IMG/VR virus record: IMGVR_UViG_3300032315_000633
Coordinates: 3,677-67,676 of that record
Source: a virus
Direction: 5' to 3' (one strand)
Length of the DNA: 64,000 bases
The notes below the pieces were generated by a model, which was not told where the DNA came from, ran no database searches, and saw nothing but the letters and a program-made list of their open reading frames with translations. The position numbers and the translations under genes were made by a program. Shown piece by piece: positions 33,772 through 43,635 of the stretch (position 1 is its first letter; each line of letters begins with the position of its first letter).

Positions 33772-33927
33772 ATGCCTCTTGGTAGAAATGTAAGCGCAAA
33801 TATCCGCGAGCTTATGGCGGATAACAAAAAGAAGGGCAAGGCCCGTGGTGCTGGCGGAAAGCCGCGCTCGAAGAAGCAGATTGTCGCAATCGCCCTGTCT
33901 GCGGCTGGTAAATCGAATAAAATGTGA
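33772..33927 (+). CDS. small basic protein (51 aa, DUF6496-like)
   Basis: MPLGRNVSANIRELM...KQIVAIALSAAGKS; own promoter TTGACG-N16-TAGGAT. Confidence 0.7.
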   Translation: MPLGRNVSANIRELMADNKKKGKARGAGGKPRSKKQIVAIALSAAGKSNKM

Positions 33928-34073
33928 TGAAGATGGGTTTTGAAAAGCTGACCCGAAGCCTAGCGGCAAAGGGAGCCGAGAACCCGAAAGCACTGGCCGC
34001 CTGGATTGGCCGCAAGAAGTACGGCAAAAAGAAGTTTCAGGCGATGTCGAAGCGTGGTCTTGGCGGTCGCTGA
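33927..34073 (+). CDS. small basic protein (48 aa)
   Basis: MGFEKL...NPKALAAWIGRKKYGKKKFQAM. Confidence 0.7.
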   Translation: MKMGFEKLTRSLAAKGAENPKALAAWIGRKKYGKKKFQAMSKRGLGGR

Positions 34074-34128
34074 GTAAAGCAAGAATGGGCTGGGGTAGGC
34101 TAGCCATCAAAGACTTCAGAACCATTTT

Positions 34129-34899
34129 GTGAAAATACTATTTCACTCCAACTGCCATGGAGAGGGGATTAGTCACTTTATGGCAATGTCCCCAAACCAA
34201 GCAAAACTGGATACACGGGTTATTCGCACTTACATGTTGGATTTGGGGCTTACCTCAAGGGAAGAAGAACTGGAGTGCTTGAGTTGGGCGGATATTGTGT
34301 TTTACCACGAGCATATGGGAAAAAAGCCGGGTGACGAAGACAAGCCGGTAAAACCGGGAACAGTCCTAGTCCCTATGTCGGTTATGTACAATTCCGGCTA
34401 CTACCTCAGTTTGGCAACGGAGGAAGACTGGAATTCAGTCTACGAATTTGCGGAAAAGAATGGGGTAGACCAGGCGGTTGACTACGCAGTGTACGGATGT
34501 GACGTTGGGCACACAAGAAGGTGGGCACACAATTTTGAGAAAATGAAACGGAAGGAAATTAAGGAGAATGTCCCTAAGCATATGAGATTGTCACAGGTGA
34601 TCGAGCCACTCTGGAAAAGGGAACAGCAAACAATAACAATGAACCACCCGACAAGCACGGTTTTTTACGACTGGGCTAATCTTCTGCTTGGGCACCTCGG
34701 ACTAAAAAAGCTAAAACCAGCATTGCGGGAAAGGTGCGAAAGGGAGCTCAACATCGCCAATCTACCATGCGTTGACTGGATATGCTCGGGGGTAAAGGAA
34801 ACTTTCGGCCTTGCTTACGGAGGTGGCCAGGAAGACAACTTCCAATGTGCCGGTATAGCCAGAAAAAAGTTAAGCGAGTGGAAGGTTAAAACGAAATAA
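34129..34899 (+). CDS. WcbI-like polysaccharide biosynthesis protein
   Basis: N-terminal SNCH (GNCQ-like) and TMNHPT motifs. Confidence 0.55.
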   Translation: MKILFHSNCHGEGISHFMAMSPNQAKLDTRVIRTYMLDLGLTSREEELECLSWADIVFYHEHMGKKPGDEDKPVKPGTVLVPMSVMYNSGYYLSLATEEDWNSVYEFAEKNGVDQAVDYAVYGCDVGHTRRWAHNFEKMKRKEIKENVPKHMRLSQVIEPLWKREQQTITMNHPTSTVFYDWANLLLGHLGLKKLKPALRERCERELNIANLPCVDWICSGVKETFGLAYGGGQEDNFQCAGIARKKLSEWKVKTK

Positions 34900-35249
34900 A
34901 ACAACTCCGAGGGATTGACACTCCTCAACCCATCCCAGACTTGGGGGATGGACGAACACACAAAAAAGATACAAGAACAGCTTGCCGTAGAGGGTTTCCT
35001 AGACGCGCATATCGTAATCTCTAGGGATCCTCTGGACTTCCAAGACAAGGACGGGGACAGGGTAGACGACAGGGCTGAGTGATATGGAGAGCCTAGCCAA
35101 TCAGCTGTCGGCCATACTAGGCCTCTGTATAGCCGTGTTTCTTGCAAATCTGATAATCCCTATCGGAATTGTAGGATTTAATTCTGCCCAGAAATGGGTA
35201 CATTTGCTGGCGGAAAAGGTCAAAAGTTTACGCAAGTAATTGCCATTGC

Positions 35250-35525
35250 AACAACAAGTGGGGTCAAACGGCTTTGGACGATCCCCACTTGCCTAATCCA
35301 CTACACCAAAACCCTTATAACCATATATACTTATATTAAATAAGTGGATTAAGTGTATTATATATAAGTCGGAGCGTCTGGAAAAAATAATTTACGCCGT
35401 AAAAAAATATTTTATATAGATAATGGGTTTGAAATGGGGTCCCCAACTCCCCTTGGCCACTTTTTTTGATCTAAACCCCTAACAACAAGGGTTTTAGCTT
35501 ATAGTGGGGTACTTTTGCCTAGTGG
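35250..35525. other. candidate replication origin
   Basis: AT-rich non-coding tract with AGTGG-core inverted repeats, next to the primase-helicase gene. Confidence 0.45.
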
Positions 35526-37669
35526 GATGCGCCGCCAGAAGGCAGGTCTATTTGCCATTGGGTGATGCCATCCAATAGGAGCATACGCTTCACCCCAGAT
35601 CCCTTTAGGACGGACAGGCTTGCCAGCATCCTACCCAAGGCTTGGGAGTTGGGTATGAACATCTTCATACTGGACGATAGCTTGGCGTCGTTCTGGAAGG
35701 CCAGCAGGAGCTTTATGGCCGACCCTTTCCAGACAGACTCCTCCATATGGTCTTGCTTGTATTGGGACAGAAACTCACACAGAAACTCTTGGAAGCTGTG
35801 CACCCTTGAGGATGCCTTAGATTCGGCAAGAAGGAGGGGATGGTGGTAGGATTTGACACCGTACCTTTCATCACCGACCACATGTTCAGGCACAACCCAA
35901 TCCCGAAGCCAAGCGGCGAAGTGAGGCAGTTCCCTTGCCAGCATTGCGGGAATCTCGTCCCGATCAATCTTGCGGAACATCTCGTGGCTCTTGAACTTGA
36001 ACAGGCTGATCTTGTCCAGAATACTGCCGTCGGTATGGGGAACGGCCTGCACGGATTCGGGGTCGTCGTTGAGCGTCTGGATGATGCGGCCACGCCAATC
36101 AAGGGTCACCTGGTCGAGGAACTTCCTGTGGTAAGCGTGGCGGGTGTTGGCCACGCCCTGCTTGATCATTCGACTGTAGTGGCGATGGGCTTCAGCGGAG
36201 TCAGCCGAGCTTGCGTCATCGACATTCCAGACCGCCACCTCGAATAGCTCGGCGTTGAACTGAGACCCGTGGACGAGGTAGTCGGAGGCGTTGGCTCCTC
36301 CGCCCATCAGCTTGGCCACAATCTCCGTTCCAAAGAAGGTCTTGCCCAACCCCACATTGCCGGCGATGAAGACGGCTTGCCCTGGACGAAGCACACCCTT
36401 CAAAGCCGAGCAGTAGAAGTGCTTGAGCCAGCCAAGTAGGAACGGCAAAGATTCGTGCGGATCGACGGCGGTGTCAAAGAACTTGGCAAGCCAAGGAAAA
36501 TCCTGTCCCCACTCGTGCTTGCCCTCGGCTGGCTGGATGATCTTGGTGCGGGAGATGTTGAGCATCCGCTTTCCGTCCTGGACCGTGATGTCACGGGGAT
36601 CGAACAACGCTGGCATTGCTCCCTGGATAACCCGAGACTCACGGATACGGCGCATCGCCTCGTCGGCTTCTGACAAAGATCCACGAGCATCGGGTGCGCT
36701 GGATAACCCGAATGTCCCGACGATGTCGTGGCGTGTGTCGTCTTTCCCAGAGTTACGCCAGTATCCCTCAAGATCCTTCTTCCAATAAAACTTGCCGTCG
36801 AACCAAAATGTACCCATCGGTCCGCCGTAACGATCTTCCTGGTACTCCTTGACCCAAGCGGCACCGAACAGATCCGCCCACGACATAAAGCCTTTCGGGC
36901 TTCGTGTCGAATATGAGATCATACCCGTCTTGGTGACTTGTGCTCCCGTCCGATCCACCCCGTCGTCGACCCAGAAAAGCGGTCCACGCATCCCCTCCTC
37001 AAACGGTCCGACCCAGCGACCGGGGAAAGTCTCCTGCAACTTCTGGAACACCCGATCCAGCGGGATCTCCACGGCACCCTCGCCGTTGTACCGCTTGGCC
37101 TTCTGCACAGCCTCGGAAAGGATGGAGTGGACGGCCTCGGTGCGGATTGGTTGGTCTGCAAATTTGACTGCTCCTGGGAACCAAGCGTAGTACTGGTCTG
37201 GCTTGCTGACGACTTCGTCCAACCCTGGGAAGATCTGCTTGGCCTTGGTCTCCTTGACCAGCAGGCCGATAAATTCCTTGAGCACACCCGGCAAAACATA
37301 AATCGGTTCCTCGAACATCCAGATTACCCGAGCACCAGAACTGAAAGTCTTGTGGGCAAACATCGGCTTGAAACCAGGCTTCGACCCACGAGCCAGACCT
37401 TCCAACAGTTGTTCGTCCGATATGGATGTGTCGTAATCCGCAATCAGCCCGTGCATCCGATACGGATCGTTGGACTTGCTGACACGGACATGCGGATTGA
37501 TCCCCTCAAACGCCGAGACGAACACCCCGTCCGTCGTGTCGGCTTCGCACCAACGGCGAAACTCTTCCTTCGCCCCGAAGCTCGGGACGACGACAGAAGT
37601 CTCCCACGGCTTGACGGGCTCCGCATTTCTTGATTTTAGATTTGGTATTTTGAATAGATTTGTTTTCAC
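35519..37669 (-). CDS. primase(-polymerase) / SF3-type helicase fusion
   Basis: N-terminal GLIADYD...TFSSG.R; Walker A GNVGLGKT; FNAELF...VDD. Confidence 0.8.
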   Translation of the reverse strand: MKTNLFKIPNLKSRNAEPVKPWETSVVVPSFGAKEEFRRWCEADTTDGVFVSAFEGINPHVRVSKSNDPYRMHGLIADYDTSISDEQLLEGLARGSKPGFKPMFAHKTFSSGARVIWMFEEPIYVLPGVLKEFIGLLVKETKAKQIFPGLDEVVSKPDQYYAWFPGAVKFADQPIRTEAVHSILSEAVQKAKRYNGEGAVEIPLDRVFQKLQETFPGRWVGPFEEGMRGPLFWVDDGVDRTGAQVTKTGMISYSTRSPKGFMSWADLFGAAWVKEYQEDRYGGPMGTFWFDGKFYWKKDLEGYWRNSGKDDTRHDIVGTFGLSSAPDARGSLSEADEAMRRIRESRVIQGAMPALFDPRDITVQDGKRMLNISRTKIIQPAEGKHEWGQDFPWLAKFFDTAVDPHESLPFLLGWLKHFYCSALKGVLRPGQAVFIAGNVGLGKTFFGTEIVAKLMGGGANASDYLVHGSQFNAELFEVAVWNVDDASSADSAEAHRHYSRMIKQGVANTRHAYHRKFLDQVTLDWRGRIIQTLNDDPESVQAVPHTDGSILDKISLFKFKSHEMFRKIDRDEIPAMLARELPHFAAWLRDWVVPEHVVGDERYGVKSYHHPLLLAESKASSRVHSFQEFLCEFLSQYKQDHMEESVWKGSAIKLLLAFQNDAKLSSSMKMFIPNSQALGRMLASLSVLKGSGVKRMLLLDGITQWQIDLPSGGASH

Positions 37670-38259
37670 GCCGACTCCTCCGTTGTTATATGGTCGAATC
37701 CGGGCTCTTCAGCGTGCCAAGTCTCGGTTTGTACCCTCAACCAGTCAGGCTTCCCGTCCGGCTTCGTAAAACTGCTCTCGCGCCAGATCACATTGTTACC
37801 CGGCACGCAGGTGATTCTTCCGTTGCATAGTGCGATGAAATGGTGGCTTTTGGTCTGGGACGGCTCAAGCGAATACGAATCCTCGTAAGGCTCCGCTGTG
37901 AACAAGTAATGCCCACGCATCCAGTGGCCACGCTTGGCCAGCCAGACATCGCAATCCAGTTCCCGAAGATAGGCGTAACGGATCGGCTGGAAATCATACC
38001 CGAAACAATCCCACCTCTGGGCATCCCCGATTGTCCAGTTTTGCTCCTTGCCCACCTCGTCCAAGGCAAGAGCGGACAACGGAGTTCCACGATAGATCGC
38101 ACCACATTTGAGCATCAGCGTGCAACCCCAAGCCCGATGTGGGACTGACGTGAGCCCAAACCACACCGCCTCCTCCCAGCCCGTGACTTCGCCACGGCTC
38201 AAGACGGACTTGTCCACCCAGAGATACTGGTGGTTTGGGATGTCGGCGGCGTGTCTCAT
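37666..38259 (-). CDS. conserved hypothetical phage protein
   Basis: GHYLFT...KSHHFIAL.NG...PGNN..W. Confidence 0.6.
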   Translation of the reverse strand: MRHAADIPNHQYLWVDKSVLSRGEVTGWEEAVWFGLTSVPHRAWGCTLMLKCGAIYRGTPLSALALDEVGKEQNWTIGDAQRWDCFGYDFQPIRYAYLRELDCDVWLAKRGHWMRGHYLFTAEPYEDSYSLEPSQTKSHHFIALCNGRITCVPGNNVIWRESSFTKPDGKPDWLRVQTETWHAEEPGFDHITTEESA

Positions 38260-38457
38260 TTACTTTTTCTTTTGGCCCTTAGCTTTTTTACCTTTGTTGG
38301 CTTTGCATCGCAGGCCGAGCAGAGCAGAGACTCTTCGGTGAAACGCTTTCCACATTTCAGACACTTTCTCCATTTTGGTTCTTTCATTGGGGTTCCTTCC
38401 GTAAGGTGCGGTTTTCCATCTTCCAAAAGTCGGGTTGAAGTGAGGCTTGGTTTTCAT
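38260..38457 (-). CDS. small basic hypothetical protein
   Basis: ATGA-coupled to the polymerase gene. Confidence 0.5.
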   Translation of the reverse strand: MKTKPHFNPTFGRWKTAPYGRNPNERTKMEKVSEMWKAFHRRVSALLGLRCKANKGKKAKGQKKK

Positions 38458-40211
38458 TTCTTGTAACACTCCGCATCCTGGCTTTCGGCCTCAATCGGAC
38501 ATCCTTCAAGCCATTCTGGGGTGACCGCCATAAGCCTATTAACATCGTCGCAAGTGACGTCTTTGTCCACCTCTAAAATTACTTCGTCGTGGACATGGGC
38601 GAGGATGTCAAGCCCCGCATCTTCCAGACGGAGCAAACACTCGCCGAACACATCCCGAGCCGTCGCCTGCACCAAGTTCTCGCAGAGCTTCCCACCCCAG
38701 AACGGAAACTTGGGTCCACCCATGTTTACCCCAGCCCTCCAGTCTGGTTTCCCGTGGAGACCCATCTGGCTTGTGATGCCGAAGTATTTCTGAGCCCTTC
38801 CAGACGGAAGCTCGATGTGGCAGTCTTCGCCTTGGGACTCCTTGAATGTCCTCTCAAGCTTGTTCCACAAAGCCACGACCTTGTGGTTCTTGCGGCGGTA
38901 GCCCTCCACGATTGTCTTGGATTTCTCCTCGTCTAGTTCGAGCCCAGCCATCATCTTTGCGACCAGCACGAATTTCTTGTATCCGCATCCGTAGCCAAGC
39001 CCCAACACCTGCGCTTTGGCCAGAGCATACTTGGCTGGATCGCCCTTCTTGAGCGTACCCTTCTTGCCCTTCCATAACCCGGCGGCAACAGCGAATGCCT
39101 CGTAGATTCCGTAACCGCTTCGTATGGCCGACAACAAATCCTCGTCTCCACAGAGCCAAGCTAGAACCCTTGGCTCAATCTGTGCCAAATCGGAGATGAT
39201 AAATTTCTTCCCCGCCCTGGGTACAATGCAGGCCCTGAGATCGACTCCGTGCACATCTCCCTTGGGTAAGTTCTGGAAATTGAATCTCGATTCCCCAGAC
39301 CAACGACCTGTCTGGGCACCGAAGTACTTTAGCCCGTAAGGCACAGTTCCGTCTGGACGACGACGCTTCCAGAGAAGCTCAAGCTTGGTAAAAAGCATAT
39401 TGGACTTTCGCCAATCCCGCATCGCTCCCACCCAAGGATACTTGTCCCCGAATTCATCTTCCCATCGAATGCACGCCGGATCGTCTTCGGATGTCGATGG
39501 AGGAACAGGAATTCCGGCCTCACGGCAAGCTTTCGCCAGTTCGGTCACTTTAAGCACATCGCCCGTGTGATCGTCGTCCGCCCACGGCAGCTTCTGGTTG
39601 GCTTGGATGCGGATCCAATCAAGCTTGTTGAGCCCCTTGTCGACTAGCTCCTTGTCCACATTGAAGCCACGCCACCCCATCTTGATCGTCTGTCTGGACA
39701 GCCTTTGTTCCGTCTCTGGCATCCGCCCTAGGAATGTCTTCGCCAGATCAAGGCAGTGTTTCGAGTCGTTGAGCGCATACTGCTCAATCTCGGAAGCCTT
39801 GCCCAAAGCCACGACCTCATCCCAGGTCTTGCCCTTCATAAAGGCTCTCGGGTCTTTGTCCACGGAAACGCCCAGCAGTTCCTTTGACGCTCCACCCAAG
39901 TTTCTCGGTGCTCCCATAAACACAGACAAGTTTGCCGTGCAGGTGAATTTGGAAGGCTTGGCTTGGGTGATCCCCTTCTCACGGAGAACATCCATCACTG
40001 CTCCGTCGAAGGAGTAGTTGTGCGCCACCCAATGCTTCCCGTCGATCTTGTCCCAGGGAGCCTTTTCTGGTCTCCCCACATATTCCATATCTGGTCCAAC
40101 AATGGACACCAGATACGGGTCAGTCGTCGGATGCCGAAGGTAATGCCATTGCCCCAACTTGTCGATGTTTACATCGGACGAGTAGGTCGTCTCGAAATCA
40201 ATGGCGTACAT
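38454..40211 (-). CDS. polA: family A DNA polymerase with 3'-5' exonuclease
   Basis: IDFET, HNYSFD, YALND, TGRWSG, SDLAQIEPR, AKAQVLGLGYG, ENLVQATARD, HVHDE. Confidence 0.95.
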   Translation of the reverse strand: MYAIDFETTYSSDVNIDKLGQWHYLRHPTTDPYLVSIVGPDMEYVGRPEKAPWDKIDGKHWVAHNYSFDGAVMDVLREKGITQAKPSKFTCTANLSVFMGAPRNLGGASKELLGVSVDKDPRAFMKGKTWDEVVALGKASEIEQYALNDSKHCLDLAKTFLGRMPETEQRLSRQTIKMGWRGFNVDKELVDKGLNKLDWIRIQANQKLPWADDDHTGDVLKVTELAKACREAGIPVPPSTSEDDPACIRWEDEFGDKYPWVGAMRDWRKSNMLFTKLELLWKRRRPDGTVPYGLKYFGAQTGRWSGESRFNFQNLPKGDVHGVDLRACIVPRAGKKFIISDLAQIEPRVLAWLCGDEDLLSAIRSGYGIYEAFAVAAGLWKGKKGTLKKGDPAKYALAKAQVLGLGYGCGYKKFVLVAKMMAGLELDEEKSKTIVEGYRRKNHKVVALWNKLERTFKESQGEDCHIELPSGRAQKYFGITSQMGLHGKPDWRAGVNMGGPKFPFWGGKLCENLVQATARDVFGECLLRLEDAGLDILAHVHDEVILEVDKDVTCDDVNRLMAVTPEWLEGCPIEAESQDAECYKK

Positions 40212-41610
40212 TACGGGACGATAATTCGGGAAGGCTCCTCGTCTGTTTTGGTCTCCACCTCCTGGACCAGACCCTCCACAAGGATCTCGGCCTTTCGGTA
40301 AAGCTTCTCGGCCACGGCAAGTTCTAGCTCCGTGGCTCCAAAACGATCGACATGCACCTCCAGTTTTAATTTCTTGTTTTCCGTGTCCTCGGAGGCACGG
40401 ATTCTCACATCAACGCTCATATTTTGTTCTCCTCTAGATTTCCGCTTGTTTGCCACGATCCGATAACTTCCACAGGCTCAGAGATTGATCTCGGGAAGTA
40501 CGAACCCCTCTCCATTTTGTCCAGACGAGCCTCCAGTTCGGAAACCCGCATAGCCAACTGGTCAATGGTCTGCTCAAGATGCCTCATCGCTCTTTCCTCC
40601 GCCTATCGAAGAACCAAGCTCCGAAGCAGCACACGAAGACGATCCCAGTTAGGGTGGACACGACCAAGACAGCCGTGAACAAAAATTTAATCGCCTCGAT
40701 CATTTCTTCCTCCGTTTCTTCCCGACGAAGACATCCTCCGCCTTTCTAAACGGCCAGACATTGACGTTCTTTAAGTTGAGCTTCGGCATTGCGTAACTCA
40801 CATAATGCGTCTTGCCCGTATTGGTTGTGTAGCTGGTGGTCGTATAGGTGACCCGATGCTTCCACCAGATCCACAGGTGATGTAGGCAGATGCCCACAAT
40901 GACACCAAGAATGAACTCCCGCATTTTAGTTTCCTCCTTTTTGTTCCATGTATGTTTTTAGGTTTCTGTTTTCTTGTCGAAGTTTTGCGTTTTCATACTC
41001 TAGGTCTGAAAGCATCGTAAGGTGTTCTTGGCACAATCCGACAAGTCCTTCAATTACCCCGTTGGTCTCCACCATTCTTTTTTGGCACACCTCAAGCGTG
41101 TCGGTCAGTCCGTTGTAAAACGAACGAAGTCTTTCAAGTTCTCGGTTGATCACAGGATGTTCTCCTTTTGCATATACTCAAAAATCTTTCCGACGGTTCC
41201 TTCCCTCGACGAAAAGATCATGGTCTGCACACGATCCGTTTTCGGACAAGAGGTGAAGGCAACGTCACCGAACCAGAGACTGGCAAGTTTGATGAAACAC
41301 CACAAGAAAATTCCGTCTGCGATTTCCTTCATTTGCGACCCAGCCTTTCGTTTTCCTTGACAATGTCCTCGATTGCCTTCCTAACGGCATATCCGAACAA
41401 GGCTTCCGTGTCCTCCTTGATCAGCTTCCGACCGATGTCGGCCACAAGCTTTGCCGTTTTGTCATCCGTTTCCATCACCATCTCGCACATATCCACATCC
41501 CGTATCTCTTTTAGGACAATCTGCCCAAGATCCTTCGGGAGCTTGCGGAACTCCTCCGCATCCTTCTTGGGCACGCAGGCGGATACCGATTTCTTGTTGG
41601 TTTTCTTCAT
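40211..41610 (-). CDS. run of small hypothetical genes (40211-40420, 40417-40587, 40584-40703, 40700-40924, 40926-41153, 41150-41332, 41329-41610)
   Basis: Overlapping start/stop codons throughout; two are membrane peptides. Confidence 0.55.
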
Positions 41611-41978
41611 TGAGTTTTCCCCTTAATTGTTTTGTAAAGGAGGAAGACCGACCGAACCAAAGCCCTCTCCAAGTGGTCGATCGGCTCCTCGTTGTTTGCG
41701 TCTGGAGTCTTGCGGTTGCCGTCAATCTGCATCATAGCTTGGCAAATGTGGTTGATGGCTCGGTCGGCGTTGTACCTTCTGGAATCGGTGTGATACCACT
41801 GGCCAAACACGCTTTTGTCCGAGCCCTTGCCCATAATTCTGGACACCACTTGCCACGCCAGATCCGCAACTTCTTTGACGGATGGGCAGAAAAGTTCCTC
41901 GCTTGTTTCTATGGCCTGGAGGCTTTCGTTTGGGGCCGTCGCAGGATCTCCCTGCGCACCATGAGCGGGAACTTCCAT
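41607..41978 (-). CDS. divergent DUF5664-like (dATP/dGTP diphosphohydrolase-like) protein
   Basis: IMGKGSDK...W......Y..DRAINH.........D.....DHLERA..R..FL pattern. Confidence 0.4.
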   Translation of the reverse strand: MEVPAHGAQGDPATAPNESLQAIETSEELFCPSVKEVADLAWQVVSRIMGKGSDKSVFGQWYHTDSRRYNADRAINHICQAMMQIDGNRKTPDANNEEPIDHLERALVRSVFLLYKTIKGKTQ

Positions 41979-41985
41979 TGTCGTC

Positions 41986-42762
41986 TTAGCTGGTGATGCT
42001 ACGGACGAACTCGACGAACTTCTCGTCGTGTTTCGCACCGAGCTTGACCACCGGAACATACCAGGAACCCTGGCTGTTCGTGCGGATGCTGGACGTCAAT
42101 TCGTAGCTGGCCGTGTCGACCCCGGCTCGCAGAGCCAGCTGGGAATCGGTGAACAGCTTGCGACCAGTCTGCTTGTAGGCGGACTTGGTCAGCAACCACT
42201 GAGCCAACGCGTAGAACTCCCCGTTGTACTCAAAGGGGAACAAGGCGTGGTTCTTTTCGGGGGACTTGACCAGAACGATGCAGGTCATCGCCTCGGAGTA
42301 GCGATCCACGCCCTCCTCGGCTTCCGGGTCGTTGGCCAGAGCCCCGCCAGCCGCGCGGACATCACGCAGCGTGGAGAAGTTCTTCGGCATCTCGCCCGAT
42401 CCGTAGGGCAGATCCTGCAGGTAGAACTTCGCCATGCGGGTGATCGTGATCTGGCACGGCTTCTTGCCGTCGCCAATCACAACCTCACGATTGTAGAGGA
42501 AGCTTCCTGCGGGGAACGTGTTGGACAGTTCGCCAGTCTTGTTGACCAGATTCAGTTTCGGGATGGTCAGATCACGGCGGGAGAACTCCCCCTGGATCTG
42601 TCCGTCCATACCCTGGATCGGCATAGCCACCTCCGAGCTCTCACGGACGGCAAGCGTCGATTCGGATGTCTCCTCGACGGCTTCCTCTTGCGGAGCCGGT
42701 TTGGCGGTGGCCACGGGTTTCGTTGCGGGTTTGCTCGCCGGTTTGGCGAATGAGGTTTTCAT
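41986..42762 (-). CDS. putative ssDNA-binding / recombination protein
   Basis: DLTIPKLNLV...G.F...GSWYVP; lies between the nuclease and polymerase genes. Confidence 0.5.
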   Translation of the reverse strand: MKTSFAKPASKPATKPVATAKPAPQEEAVEETSESTLAVRESSEVAMPIQGMDGQIQGEFSRRDLTIPKLNLVNKTGELSNTFPAGSFLYNREVVIGDGKKPCQITITRMAKFYLQDLPYGSGEMPKNFSTLRDVRAAGGALANDPEAEEGVDRYSEAMTCIVLVKSPEKNHALFPFEYNGEFYALAQWLLTKSAYKQTGRKLFTDSQLALRAGVDTASYELTSSIRTNSQGSWYVPVVKLGAKHDEKFVEFVRSITS

Positions 42763-42768
42763 ATTTTA

Positions 42769-43635
42769 TTATTTTTCCTTTATTCTTTGTAAATATCGAA
42801 TCTCATCCCCACCCTGCAGAACACCTGCCTCGGTGAGTTTGTCTTCGATCTCCTGTTTGAGCTTCTCCTTGGAACCTCTCGGTGCCTTTGAGGAGTACGC
42901 CTTCAGAAGTTGTGCCACGGATATTTCGGTCACGGCGGCAAACTCCTCTGGAGTCATCCGATCCTTGACCAGTTCCCAAGTCAGTTGCGAATCGGACACC
43001 GTCCGTCGACCCGACCTGGATTTGACCTCGAAGCCGGGGATATCCTCCCCTTCCTCGACGGCATACCGTAAATTTTCCTTGCGAACCTTTTCACACCACG
43101 GCTCGAGCACTCTCCGTAGAATCTCCGCCTTCCCACGCAGTTCTGGAGTCGCCAGTTGTGACGGGTTGTAGAGATCGATAAGCTCACCATCCTCCGCCAG
43201 AGGGGCAAACTTGCTCGAGATGATGAGGGCTTTTTTGTGCAAGGCCGTACAGGTTGCCTTGGCTCCGCAATAGAGACAAGAGAATTCGCTGGGTCGCAAA
43301 TCTTCTGGCTTGTGATCCTTGGCTCTTGCGATCACGGCCATCACCCGAAGCTTCATCTTTTCCAGATCAGCGTTGCGGAAGAACCTCGCCTTGCTGACCA
43401 TATCGAGTCTTGGCTGGGCAAAGACGACATCGACCATCATCACCTTTGGAAACTTCTCCATCACACCGATGGCATACGCCCATCCCTGCAGATTCTTCTC
43501 GGCGTCCTCGACGGGATTCCACCCAAACTTGGCGTCACCAATGATGGCACGATCCCCCTTGACCATCACCATATCGGCTGTCCCAAAGGTCAGCCCGTTC
43601 ATTATGTTGAGCTTAAGCTCCCGTAGAATCGTCAT
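42769..43635 (-). CDS. Cas4-like / DUF2800 PD-(D/E)xK exonuclease, C-terminal part
   Basis: E...FGTAD...DAKFG...NLQGWAYA...CLYC.....C. Confidence 0.8.
   Translation of the reverse strand: MTILRELKLNIMNGLTFGTADMVMVKGDRAIIGDAKFGWNPVEDAEKNLQGWAYAIGVMEKFPKVMMVDVVFAQPRLDMVSKARFFRNADLEKMKLRVMAVIARAKDHKPEDLRPSEFSCLYCGAKATCTALHKKALIISSKFAPLAEDGELIDLYNPSQLATPELRGKAEILRRVLEPWCEKVRKENLRYAVEEGEDIPGFEVKSRSGRRTVSDSQLTWELVKDRMTPEEFAAVTEISVAQLLKAYSSKAPRGSKEKLKQEIEDKLTEAGVLQGGDEIRYLQRIKEK

Noticed and set aside
33445-34125. 226-aa minus-strand ORF and 101-aa plus-strand ORF at 33447
   Set aside because: The region is better explained by four coupled small plus-strand genes with recognisable motifs
38454-41978. 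Z-DNA (2-aminoadenine) pathway
   Set aside because: No purZ-like or HD dATPase gene is visible in the window
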